A stretch of DNA of 64,000 nt, taken from positions 9,318-73,317 of the forward strand of contig DAVY01000006.1 in assembly GCA_002505775.1 (NCBI GenBank), in the 5' to 3' direction. Below are positions 18,988-27,986 of this stretch, piece after piece. How positions within the stretch are numbered: position 1 is the stretch's first letter; the number at the start of each line of letters is the position of its first letter. This DNA is from Euryarchaeota archaeon UBA130. Lineage in GTDB: Archaea; Thermoplasmatota; Poseidoniia; Poseidoniales; Thalassarchaeaceae. A model generated the notes under the pieces. It was not told where the DNA came from and ran no database searches. It saw only the letters and a program-made list of their open reading frames with translations. Position numbers and translations under genes: made by a program.

Positions 18988-19956
18988 TCAATCTTCCCTG
19001 TTTGTTGCAAGGTTTCCCTTTCTCGGCCCTCTCCGTGATACTCCAATCTTCCTCTTCTTTTTGGGTGTATCTGTTTTTCTCTCTATGGATTTAGCTCCAG
19101 AACTAGATTTACTGCCAGCTAGATCTGAAAGATTTCCAGAGCCCAATAAAGCGTCTAATTCAAGGGTGCTCAGAGATCCGCCTGTCTTCGCTTTCGCCTT
19201 AATTTCTGAGAATCTAACCTTTCTATTCCTTCCACCGGTCACCCTTTGGTATGACCTCACTCGAGAAAGCTCCTTCCGTAGAGATTTCCTTTCATTATCT
19301 ATGGACTCTATCCTTTTGTCGATTTTTGAAATCCTTTTACTGATTTTCCTGACTTCGCCCCTATTCGCTTTGCCCTCAACCCCCGCTTCTGAGTCTGCAC
19401 GTTCCTCCAGGCCTTTCCTTTCCTTTTTCCCCTCATCCAGTTTCGAAGTTATTTCCCTCATTTCCTTAGCTTTTACGACATATTCTGAATGTGCATTTTC
19501 CGACTCGGACTTTTTCGTTATCGAAGCCTGAATTTCAAAGAATCTTCTGAATGCTTCCAGTTCCCTCGGGAGCGTCGGGACTGCCGTTAGATCATTGTCT
19601 ATTGTAGTCAACCTTCTATACGTCTCGGAAAGCCACTCCTTCAGGACCTCCATAGGAGGAGGAATTAGTTTGTTAACCTCGTCCCTTCTCTTCCTATGTG
19701 TATCCGCAGATTTTCTGGTCTCGTGAAATTTTCTGAGCAGGTCCCTTCTTTCTGAGTCCGCCTCTTCCATTCCCCCCACAATATTTCTGAGAACCCTGAC
19801 CCTGTTAACTAAGTCCATCCTCTCGGCCCTAAGGTCCCTCCTCTCGCCTTCAAGTGACCCGAGCCCACGCTCAAGCTCGCTTCTGAGATCATGGACCTGA
19901 TTTCCATCAAGATTTTCTAAATCCTGAAAAGAGTTCGAATTAATCCCTTCACTCAT
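18988..19956 (-). CDS. Coiled-coil protein with basic C-terminal tail, paralog 2 of 4 (CC2)
   Basis: 322 aa. Coiled-coil core, then Gly/Ser linker and basic tail …TPKKKRKIGVSRRGPRKG. Overlaps CC3 stop (ATGA). Confidence 0.5.
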   Translation of the reverse strand: MSEGINSNSFQDLENLDGNQVHDLRSELERGLGSLEGERRDLRAERMDLVNRVRVLRNIVGGMEEADSERRDLLRKFHETRKSADTHRKRRDEVNKLIPPPMEVLKEWLSETYRRLTTIDNDLTAVPTLPRELEAFRRFFEIQASITKKSESENAHSEYVVKAKEMREITSKLDEGKKERKGLEERADSEAGVEGKANRGEVRKISKRISKIDKRIESIDNERKSLRKELSRVRSYQRVTGGRNRKVRFSEIKAKAKTGGSLSTLELDALLGSGNLSDLAGSKSSSGAKSIERKTDTPKKKRKIGVSRRGPRKGNLATNRED

Positions 19957-20768
19957 TCTTCTTCCTCCTTACCCTTCTTTCCCTTCCTCATAGCGAAGGA
20001 AGATGCCCCTCCAGACAAAACTCTGTTCATATCAATAAGCAGATCATCAAATCCATTTACTTCATCTCCAAATCCTGAAGAAACCTTGACTTCCCAGAGA
20101 GCTATCGCATCCGAGGATTGTGAATAAAGCTCTTTGGCTCTATCTAGTTGCCTTCTGGTATCCCTAATTTCTTCTTTTAAGGCTACCATTTTCTCATAAA
20201 GTGGCTGTGCCTTTTCTACGGCCTTCATCATTCTGGAGTGCGCTGTCTCTGAAGCTTTGAAATTAGAAACCATTATTTTTCTAGAATCGAGATATTTAGA
20301 CATTTCTGGATTGGATGCCCGCCTCTCCTTGAGCCATTTCTCGTTCTGCTCAATTAGCTTCCTCCTCTTGGAAATTAGCCTACCCTCTTCTCTGTGGTCC
20401 AGAGCAGATGTCTCTATTGTGGACTCTATGTTCTCCAGCTCTTCAAGAAGCTTCATCTTCTTCCACTCGGGATCCAAATTAACCATTCCTCCAGTTTTTG
20501 ATAGTGTGTCTACAGACTGTCTAACCTCAACCAGCTTTTCCCGAGCAATTTTCTGAGCAGTATTTCTTTTCTGCTTATTATTGGCAACAACATCATTTGC
20601 AGTGGCATGAGCTTCAACCGCCCTCTTAACTTTAGGAGCAAGGGCCTCTTCTTCAGCCTCCAGATTCCTAATTACGTTGGGCAACTGCTCCTCCAAGGCT
20701 TTCCATCGGGCCAGAAGGCCTTCAGCAAGCATCTCGGGTTTTACCTCCATCAACTGTTGGACGTCCAT
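19953..20768 (-). CDS. Coiled-coil protein, paralog 3 of 4 (CC3), ending …RKGKKGKEEEE
   Basis: Start set at MDVQQLMEVKPEM (20768), where the coiled-coil begins as in the paralogs. The longer ORF to 20897 would overlap the divergent gene and the promoter palindrome. Confidence 0.5.
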   Translation of the reverse strand: MDVQQLMEVKPEMLAEGLLARWKALEEQLPNVIRNLEAEEEALAPKVKRAVEAHATANDVVANNKQKRNTAQKIAREKLVEVRQSVDTLSKTGGMVNLDPEWKKMKLLEELENIESTIETSALDHREEGRLISKRRKLIEQNEKWLKERRASNPEMSKYLDSRKIMVSNFKASETAHSRMMKAVEKAQPLYEKMVALKEEIRDTRRQLDRAKELYSQSSDAIALWEVKVSSGFGDEVNGFDDLLIDMNRVLSGGASSFAMRKGKKGKEEEE

Positions 20769-20785
20769 TGCAATCCCGCCCACCC

Positions 20786-20816
20786 GTGACCGTCGGTTAA
20801 AGGTCACTATGTGACC
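20786..20816. promoter_or_regulatory. Palindromic operator candidate GTGACC-N10-GGTCAC-TAT-GTGACC in the divergent promoter region
   Basis: Read directly: GTGACC at 20786–20791, GGTCACTATGTGACC at 20802–20816 (near-perfect 6-3-6 inverted repeat). Lies ~55 bp upstream of the GTG start at 20872 of the operon that encodes a DtxR-family regulator. Confidence 0.3.
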
Positions 20817-20871
20817 TTGGGAAGGGTTTGTTTGATACGCCTCCACATCTCGGAAGTTTTGAGGGACGGGT

Positions 20872-22770
20872 GTGAAGCATACTGCTAACTTTGCCATCGC
20901 TGTAGTTTTCCTCCTCCTTTTTACCGGTTCCGTTAGGGCAGAGGTGGAAGAGTCGCCTTCATTGACAATACAAGACTCTAATTTTTGGATTATAGAATCA
21001 ATCGATCAGACAACATCATCCCCGAACGGTAATTCTACTGTATCTGACGGGGACTACGTTAGAATTTCAATGGAGGTCTACAATAACGTAGACCTTTCAA
21101 TCAATGGCTCATGGGAGCTAAAGGTGCTTTCAAACGGTATCTGGCATACTTCGATGTTTCAAAATGAATCTTGGCTCCCTTATGAGACTAAAAGTCCAGA
21201 GATAACCATCGGCCCAATGGTCGAGGGTACAATATCCATGATGTTCGAAGTTAAGACGTTTGACCCCTCGCTAAACATATCCGTCACCAAGGACATAAGG
21301 GTGGCCCCAAATCCAATAATTTTCAGCTCAGCCGGGGACTCAGTAATTGCCATTACAGGTGAGCCCGCGTATGTCGGCGACAAACTGACTGGCTCGATTT
21401 TAGTCAAGAACCAGGGAGAGGTCGAGGGAACAGTCTTCCTACGGTTAACTCATGATGAGTCCTCGACCTCATACTACGGGCAAAATGTCACGATTAGTCC
21501 CGGTTCCAGTAGGGAGGTATCTGTTAATTTTGAATTTCCTACTCCCGGGATGAAAGAATTCAGATGGGATGTCATTAGTAGCATTGGAGGGGTCTCATTG
21601 GAACTAAATGGGTCACATAATCTCATTATCATGCCACAACAACAAGTACATTCTGGGATTAATTCTCTCGCTTGGACCATATCAAGTGGCATAGAGTTGG
21701 AATATTGGGTATCTCTTTCCGATGGACCTTCAAGGGAGATAGAGATCTCCATCGGGGAATATCAAGCGGGATTATTCACCGAACTTCAAAGTTTTCCGAT
21801 GAAATTAGACCAGGGCGTCAGAAATCTCGATTTTAATATCCCCAATCCTGATAGTAATCTCGATAGAATTAGAATAACAATATCCCCTCTGGACTGGACA
21901 TCCGGACAGATCGCAGATTTGTTCGTTGAACTCACAAGACCTCAACCAATTATCCAGATCACATCCTGTACGCAGACACCGGAAATTGTCGACATCCATG
22001 AAACAGTTTCCTTGGAATGTATCTTTACGAATATTGGCAATTCAGACTCGCTACCCGGAGATATAACAATAATGAGGGTATCTGATGGAATGTTATACGA
22101 TGAGGCGGGTAAGAAATCAATTTCAATATCTACAGGAGAATCCAAGGTGATATCAACCTCCATCCAAGAATGGCAAAACGAAGGTTCAACCCCTCTTCAA
22201 GTGAGGTATTCTTCTGGGGCTACATTGACAACTGGCAACATAACAATCCAGGCTAATCAGGTACCATCAGAAGGTTTCAAACTGCCCTTTGACACAACTG
22301 CCGCTTTACTGGGGGCTGTATCTGGCGTTGTAATTATGATGGTCGCACTAGTTCTGTGGAGGGTGGCCACTGAAAGGACACCGTCAACAGTCACTGAGAG
22401 TAAGCCTTCTATCTCCAGAATAGAAAAAAGGAGGGAGTCCGATAAAATTGAGGTTTCTTGTCCGACATGTAGCCAGAGGCTGAGTATACCCGGTGGGCAC
22501 GTTGGAAGAGTGAGGTGTCCAGCATGTACCAATAGCTTCGAAGTTGGCGTGAAAAACAATCCCGCCGTTGAAGGGAGTAGTATCGAAATTGAAGAACAGG
22601 TAGAAAAGGAGAATGTAACTGAAGAGAAATTTTTGAATTCCAGCTCGGATTCTGATATTCTTTCATGCCCCTCATGTGAACAGCTACTCAAGGTCCCACT
22701 TGAGAAGAGACCGATCATGTCCAGGTGCCCTGCATGTAGGACAGAATTCAAGGCGTTAAGAGGCGATTAG
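20872..22770 (+). CDS. Surface protein: signal peptide + CARDB-like β-domains + single TM + cytoplasmic tandem MJ0042-type zinc ribbons
   Basis: 632 aa, GTG start. Signal MKHTANFAIAVVFLLLFTGSVRA; two CARDB-like segments (…ILVKNQGEVEGTVFLRL…VTISPGSSREVSVNFEF…; …CIFTNIGNSDSLPGDITIM…); TM AALLGAVSGVVIMMVALVLW; then CPTCSQRLSIPGGHVGRVRCPAC and CPSCEQLLKVPLEKRPIMSRCPAC. Confidence 0.6.
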   Translation: MKHTANFAIAVVFLLLFTGSVRAEVEESPSLTIQDSNFWIIESIDQTTSSPNGNSTVSDGDYVRISMEVYNNVDLSINGSWELKVLSNGIWHTSMFQNESWLPYETKSPEITIGPMVEGTISMMFEVKTFDPSLNISVTKDIRVAPNPIIFSSAGDSVIAITGEPAYVGDKLTGSILVKNQGEVEGTVFLRLTHDESSTSYYGQNVTISPGSSREVSVNFEFPTPGMKEFRWDVISSIGGVSLELNGSHNLIIMPQQQVHSGINSLAWTISSGIELEYWVSLSDGPSREIEISIGEYQAGLFTELQSFPMKLDQGVRNLDFNIPNPDSNLDRIRITISPLDWTSGQIADLFVELTRPQPIIQITSCTQTPEIVDIHETVSLECIFTNIGNSDSLPGDITIMRVSDGMLYDEAGKKSISISTGESKVISTSIQEWQNEGSTPLQVRYSSGATLTTGNITIQANQVPSEGFKLPFDTTAALLGAVSGVVIMMVALVLWRVATERTPSTVTESKPSISRIEKRRESDKIEVSCPTCSQRLSIPGGHVGRVRCPACTNSFEVGVKNNPAVEGSSIEIEEQVEKENVTEEKFLNSSSDSDILSCPSCEQLLKVPLEKRPIMSRCPACRTEFKALRGD

Positions 22771-23421
22771 ATGGTTGATCTCAGCGAGTTTGAAGAGATG
22801 TATTTGAAGAGAATTTTTGAGATCTATGACTCAGAGCCGAGTACGATAGTAAAGACATCTCAGCTAGCTAAAGTAATGCGAGTTAGCAACGCATCCACCA
22901 CAGAGATGATACAGAGGCTATCAGATAGGGAGCTTCTAACCTACATACCATACAAGGGTTGTAGGCTAACTCCAGAGGGATTCAAGATTGCTGCACGAAT
23001 AAAAAGGAGAGAGGGGCTATTACAGATTCTTCTGTCCGAGGTGGTTGGATTTGAAGGCGATGTGGATGAGGCGGCCTGCAAAATGGAGCATGACATGTCA
23101 TCCGAACTAGAGGAGGCTATTGACAGGATGCTCGGATACCCTGAGAGGGCACCCGATGGAACAAAAGTCCCGGTTATAGAAAGGAATCTAGATCTATCTC
23201 CCAAGAAATACCTTCTTCCTCTCTCATACTTACCAGTCGGATCCACCTCCAAAATTGAGATTATCGCACTCGATAATACTGATCAGAAAACACTTGAGGG
23301 AATGGGCCTGGAGGTAGGAACTATCATCACTAAAGAAAAAGAAGGCGTAAGATTTCAAGAAAAGGTGTTGAAACTTAGCGAGTCTTTGATGAAGAAGATA
23401 TTGACTAGGATGGAGGGATAA
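22771..23421 (+). CDS. DtxR/MntR-family metal-dependent transcriptional repressor with C-terminal FeoA/SH3-like domain
   Basis: 216 aa. N-terminal wHTH (TSQLAKVMRVSNASTTEMIQRLSDRELL), dimerisation/metal-site region with conserved Glu/His/Asp, and C-terminal FeoA-like β-domain. Start abuts the upstream stop. Confidence 0.8.
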   Translation: MVDLSEFEEMYLKRIFEIYDSEPSTIVKTSQLAKVMRVSNASTTEMIQRLSDRELLTYIPYKGCRLTPEGFKIAARIKRREGLLQILLSEVVGFEGDVDEAACKMEHDMSSELEEAIDRMLGYPERAPDGTKVPVIERNLDLSPKKYLLPLSYLPVGSTSKIEIIALDNTDQKTLEGMGLEVGTIITKEKEGVRFQEKVLKLSESLMKKILTRMEG

Positions 23422-23422
23422 T

Positions 23423-24991
23423 ATGGACGAGTCAGAAGGAGTTGACCAGCATCTTGTTGATCTCGCTGACGACCTCTCGGGAATCGCCCCCCCCGCTCCC
23501 TCTGTCCCTGTCTCTAATTTATCCAACTCCGATAGTAGTTGGATGGATGATACTCTGAGGTCAAAGGAATCAACATTGCTTAGGATTGACAGGCTTCTTG
23601 TTAGCGGAGGCGCCAGGCTCGTGTTGTTACTCCCCCTCTTGGCCGTGATGCTATTGGGAGCTGCTCAATCCTATGGCTCGAATGATACAGAGTGGTGGAA
23701 CGAGACATTGAGGGATGCAGCGGGTGGCTTTTCCTTGATTAGGGCAACATACGCTGTCGCCCTCCTCATATTAATTGCTGATATCTTCCTACTGTCCATT
23801 TTACTGAGGATGATGACATACACGAGGACGATTTTCCATCATGAGGCCGATTCCTTAACTTCTGCCGGACTAACATTTAGGAGCTCACATGGCTATGCAG
23901 AAATGAGGGCGACAATTGATGGCTCAATCAGACAGATTACTGCAACATCATCCTTGATTGTAATTTCCTCGATACTGCTGGCTCTTTCTCTGTGGTTCCC
24001 TTCTGGAAATGAAGAAGTGAGTCCTGTCTTGTTGGCCCTTTCTACAGGATGCCTTCTAGCGGGTCACGGTGTGCAATTAATTTCAGTTCGTTCCAGATAC
24101 AATGCATCCGAGCCGTGGGGAATGCTTGAGGCATTCTCGCCGCCCATCCACCCTGCATTACTAAGCCGGCCATTTAACGACGTCATTAAGGCCCATATCG
24201 ATCCATTATTGGGTATTAGGATTACCGAGTACCTGAAGACAGTCAGGTCTGAACTTAGAGAGGGATATACTATGTCGGAATTGCAAGAGTCATTATTACT
24301 GCTTCTCCACCTAAGAAGGTCTTCACTGATATCGGAGTCAGAGTTTAAGACGAAATTAGCCAGTATGGTCGAGCCGACTGCTATTGATGGCCTTTTCAGA
24401 CATCCAGAAGTAGGTGAAGAGACTTGGGACAGGCTTTTGCAACATGCTAGAAGCCAGTGTAAGCCATTCTTTAGATTACACGATAGAATGAGAATGAGAC
24501 GAGGAATTAGTAGCTCAGATGGAGGTTTCTGGTTCGATGTGGATATGGAGAACCTAGTTGTTGGCCAAGCAAATCTATTCGCCTTCATCTTAAATTCGGG
24601 CAACGAATCGAAAGATTTAGTATTAAAAATTCAGACTCCTGATTTCAAACCCAATGAATGTGTCTATCGTTTGCGTTCTGAACCTATAAATATGGATTCA
24701 GATCCATTAAACCCTCCCCTCCTCTCCACAATGATTCAAGAAATGACAAACAGTACAAGTATTGTCTGGCAGAGTCTTCTTCCCTCCATTAAGGGAGAGG
24801 CCACTGTAACTGTTAGACTCGAGGACGACTCAGGAAATTTATTATCTGGGAGGGTACTAAACGTGCAAGTCGGAAGTGATTTGATTACGAGGACTAGGAG
24901 GGCCGTTGGAGCGATGTTTATGGCAGGGGCGCTTATTGCAATCCTATCTCCCTTACTTCCATTCGCAGGGTCGGTCCTCGGACTTCTTTGA
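23423..24991 (+). CDS. Polytopic membrane protein (hypothetical), third gene of the operon
   Basis: 522 aa. 4–5 predicted TM helices in the N-terminal half, large soluble central region, C-terminal TM (AMFMAGALIAILSPLLPFAG). Translationally coupled to the DtxR gene. Confidence 0.5.
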   Translation: MDESEGVDQHLVDLADDLSGIAPPAPSVPVSNLSNSDSSWMDDTLRSKESTLLRIDRLLVSGGARLVLLLPLLAVMLLGAAQSYGSNDTEWWNETLRDAAGGFSLIRATYAVALLILIADIFLLSILLRMMTYTRTIFHHEADSLTSAGLTFRSSHGYAEMRATIDGSIRQITATSSLIVISSILLALSLWFPSGNEEVSPVLLALSTGCLLAGHGVQLISVRSRYNASEPWGMLEAFSPPIHPALLSRPFNDVIKAHIDPLLGIRITEYLKTVRSELREGYTMSELQESLLLLLHLRRSSLISESEFKTKLASMVEPTAIDGLFRHPEVGEETWDRLLQHARSQCKPFFRLHDRMRMRRGISSSDGGFWFDVDMENLVVGQANLFAFILNSGNESKDLVLKIQTPDFKPNECVYRLRSEPINMDSDPLNPPLLSTMIQEMTNSTSIVWQSLLPSIKGEATVTVRLEDDSGNLLSGRVLNVQVGSDLITRTRRAVGAMFMAGALIAILSPLLPFAGSVLGLL

Positions 24992-25029
24992 TGAGTTCCA
25001 TTCAATAACAGCTCCCTACTCCCAAATCT

Positions 25030-26031
25030 GTGAATGATGACGAACCAAGTCCTGATGACGACCTGAAAACCAGGCTTCATGCAATGGAGGCAAGGCTCAG
25101 AAGAATGAGGGATCAGAGGACTTCTCACAATGAAGATGCTAGGAGAGCTGCTGACTCAAGGAACTCGGTTCAAGAACAGTCGAAGGAGATTAGAGCCTCT
25201 ATTGAGGAGAAATTAAACGAGCAAAAAGAAGTTAGGGCTAGAGCAAAGACACATCAGATGCAGAGGGACGCTATTCAATCTAGAATTAGAGAGATTATCG
25301 ATAGCAAGAAAGGTAGGAGGTCCGAAGCCAGTAAAGCGAAATCAGATGTAGTCGAACTTTCTGAAGTAATGGCGGAGATATCCAATATAGAAAATAGGCT
25401 GATGACTGATGGAACTTTAACTCTCAAAGCAGAGAATAGGCTACTTAGAAAACTCAAGATACTTGCCTCCAAAAGGGATGTTCTTCTTCCCAAAGCAACC
25501 GAATTTGAAGCCATCAATATAGACCTAGGAGATTTGGAGAGTACAATTCAAACCCTCAAAGCAGAAGCTGACTCACAACACCAAGAGATGATTAGAGCTC
25601 ATGAAGAGGCAGATATAATCTGGGAAGAAGTGAAACCAATGTTGGAAGAGAGAGACTTCCTAAGGTCTGAAGGCGACAGATTACACGCCATCTTTGTCGA
25701 GTCAAAGGAGCTCGCTAATTCTGTACATGCGGAAATCGAGGTACTTCTCAAAGAGGTCAATGAAGCCAGAGATGAAATGAAGGCTAGAAGGGAGGAAAGA
25801 GCTAGGGTGATTAGGGAGCATAACGAGTCCGTCAGAAACGCTCTCAAAACCCCAGATAAGGACGAGGTTCTTGCAGAATCTCTTACGGACAAACTTCTTT
25901 CTGAGGGTACACTGACTCTGGGAGGGTCGATGTCAGGGGACCCCCAAGCTTCGCCAAGCGCAATTTCATCATCAGCCGGTAAAAGAAGAAAACCGAGAAA
26001 GGTAGGGTCATTCAGGAAGCCAAGGAAGTAA
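25030..26031 (+). CDS. Coiled-coil protein with basic C-terminal tail, paralog 4 of 4 (CC4)
   Basis: 333 aa. Coiled-coil core with the same segment pattern as CC1–3. Tail …SSAGKRRKPRKVGSFRKPRK. Confidence 0.5.
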   Translation: MNDDEPSPDDDLKTRLHAMEARLRRMRDQRTSHNEDARRAADSRNSVQEQSKEIRASIEEKLNEQKEVRARAKTHQMQRDAIQSRIREIIDSKKGRRSEASKAKSDVVELSEVMAEISNIENRLMTDGTLTLKAENRLLRKLKILASKRDVLLPKATEFEAINIDLGDLESTIQTLKAEADSQHQEMIRAHEEADIIWEEVKPMLEERDFLRSEGDRLHAIFVESKELANSVHAEIEVLLKEVNEARDEMKARREERARVIREHNESVRNALKTPDKDEVLAESLTDKLLSEGTLTLGGSMSGDPQASPSAISSSAGKRRKPRKVGSFRKPRK

Positions 26032-26032
26032 T

Positions 26033-27037
26033 TTACCAACCTCTCTCTTCAAGTCTAACATCTAATGTCTCTATTTCTAGCCCTGGCATTGCTTCTCCTA
26101 CCATTGAGCAGGCCTCGGAAACAATTGACGGGTCGTTGAAGTGGTGGGTTGCAAGAACGATTGCTTCTGCAGTTAAAGATGGATCAGAACTTTTGAATAT
26201 TCCAGAACCGACGAAGATACCGTCCATCCCCCTATTCATCATGAGAGCCGCATCGGCCGGGGTGGCAATTCCACCAGCGGAGAAAGTTACAACAGGCAGG
26301 CGACCAATGCTAGCAACTTCGTCTAATATGGAGGCCACTTCTTCCCTTACCTCTCCCATTGTTCCAAACGGCGTCTCTCCTTCTGGGAGATTCTCAAGTT
26401 TTAATTTGAATTCCGAAGCGTCATTCATTCTCTGGAAACCTCTCATAATTATGTCTATCATATCCTCCCTCTCCTGTTTATCGGCGGTTTGAATGTTCTT
26501 GATTTCAGCATCTACTAAGCTAGCATGCTGAACAGCACTGACCACGTTTCCAGTTCCTGCCTCGCCCTTGGTTCTAATCATGGCAGCGCCCTCAGAAATT
26601 CTCCTAATTGCTTCACCAAGATTAGTGCATCCGCAAACGAATGGAATGGTGAAGTCCTTTTTCGGGATGTGAAAAAAAGGATCGGCGGGAGTCAGGACCT
26701 CGGATTCATCAATCATGTCAACACCCAGGCTCTCCAATACACGTGCTTCTCCTTCGTGGCCGATTCTGGCTTTAGCCATCACCGGAATACTCGTTGTCTC
26801 CATAATTTCCTTGATCATGTCAGGATGGCTCATCCTAGCAACGCCCCCCATGGCCCTGATATCAGCTGGGACTCTCTCCAGTGCCATTACTGAAACTGCC
26901 CCTGCATCTTCCGCGATATGCGCCTCTTCTGGAGTCACCACATCCATTACGACCCCTCCTTCCTGCATTTTGGCAAATCCCCTTTTCAAGAGCTCAGTAC
27001 CATAGCGCATCTTTGTCAAGTCAAGCGTACCACTCAT
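26033..27037 (-). CDS. pdxS: Pyridoxal 5'-phosphate synthase subunit PdxS (Pdx1)
   Basis: 334 aa. [43 protein letters not shown] and the rest of the (βα)8 PdxS signature; contains a short insertion. Confidence 0.9.
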   Translation of the reverse strand: MSGTLDLTKMRYGTELLKRGFAKMQEGGVVMDVVTPEEAHIAEDAGAVSVMALERVPADIRAMGGVARMSHPDMIKEIMETTSIPVMAKARIGHEGEARVLESLGVDMIDESEVLTPADPFFHIPKKDFTIPFVCGCTNLGEAIRRISEGAAMIRTKGEAGTGNVVSAVQHASLVDAEIKNIQTADKQEREDMIDIIMRGFQRMNDASEFKLKLENLPEGETPFGTMGEVREEVASILDEVASIGRLPVVTFSAGGIATPADAALMMNRGMDGIFVGSGIFKSSDPSLTAEAIVLATHHFNDPSIVSEACSMVGEAMPGLEIETLDVRLEERGW

Positions 27038-27090
27038 GGACTTCGCTAAGACTAGGTACTCATGAACCTATGTAAGAAGAAACTTAACAA

Positions 27091-27363
27091 TCAGGCGAGA
27101 ACTGGAGAATCTCCTTCGGCAAGGGGAAGGTTTGGGGCTTCTTCTTCGTTCCTATCTAGCCATTCTTCATGTTCGTCTGGTAGATCAGTATCGGCAAAAA
27201 TTGCCTCTACAGGGCACTCAGCTACGCAAGCAGCACAGTCAATACATTCATCGGGGTCAATGACGAGATAATTTTCAGCCTCTCTAAAGGCCTCAACTGG
27301 GCATACAGCAACGCAATCTTGGTATTTGTGATCGACACATGCGGAGGTAACTACGTGAGTCAT
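27091..27363 (-). CDS. Ferredoxin, 2×[Fe-S] (7Fe/8Fe type)
   Basis: 90 aa. [14 protein letters not shown] and [12 protein letters not shown] cluster motifs, acidic C-terminus. Confidence 0.8.
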   Translation of the reverse strand: MTHVVTSACVDHKYQDCVAVCPVEAFREAENYLVIDPDECIDCAACVAECPVEAIFADTDLPDEHEEWLDRNEEEAPNLPLAEGDSPVLA

Positions 27364-27429
27364 AACTATCAGGTATTCTACACGGCGATAACATTTGAAC
27401 TCTTGCTCAAAATAAACATAACAATAGCA

Positions 27430-27900
27430 CTATATCATGCCTTCGATAAGTTCCGTGGCAATATCCTTTGGGTGACTTCCTGGATAAGATTCAATCTTGA
27501 AAATACCCTTGACCGATGCCTCAATATTCCCCGATTTAGCTAGTTTAATCTCTCCTTTAACAAGCATAGGCAGGGATATCCGGATGTGGAGATTTTTATC
27601 ACCATCGATCCTTCTTTCCAAGCCATCCGCGAGTATGGCCCTGTGTACTTCACTGCCTAGGTTTTTCAGACATTCTAATGCCACCTTCTTGCGATTAATT
27701 TTAACCAATCCTGTATTCATTATTGGGCCATGAAAAGACTTCTCCTTCGACCACTCCAAACAATTTTCCTTGTTGCACAGCCAATCCATAGAGTCTGCAA
27801 TTAGCTTCAAATCATCAAATGCTGTGGCGTGCACCCTCCACTCAGCCCTGAGTACCCCCATGTATCTGCGACATACAACTGATAGATAGTCACTTACCAT
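27430..27900 (-). CDS. Hypothetical protein
   Basis: Start trimmed to MVSDYLSVV; the longer ORF to 28020 has a Pro/Leu-rich, low-complexity N-terminus overlapping the eS1 start. No confident family assignment. Confidence 0.35.
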   Translation of the reverse strand: MVSDYLSVVCRRYMGVLRAEWRVHATAFDDLKLIADSMDWLCNKENCLEWSKEKSFHGPIMNTGLVKINRKKVALECLKNLGSEVHRAILADGLERRIDGDKNLHIRISLPMLVKGEIKLAKSGNIEASVKGIFKIESYPGSHPKDIATELIEGMI

Positions 27901-27986
27901 GCTTACCTCGTTAGGGCCTGTTTCAAATACTATGTGTAGGTCGCAGAGGCGCAAGCGGGGAAGCCCCCGAAGAAGAGGTCGTTGTA

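Noticed and set aside
20769-20897. Longer version of CC3 starting at 20897 (MAKLAVCF…)
   Set aside because: The extension is non-helical and unlike the paralog N-termini. It would overlap the divergent gene's GTG start and bury the promoter palindrome. The internal start at 20768 is preferred, but not excluded.
24064-25128. Minus-strand ORFs (179 aa, 130 aa) opposite the 522-aa membrane-protein gene and the CC4 start
   Set aside because: No motifs; they overlap better-supported sense genes in a tightly coupled operon.
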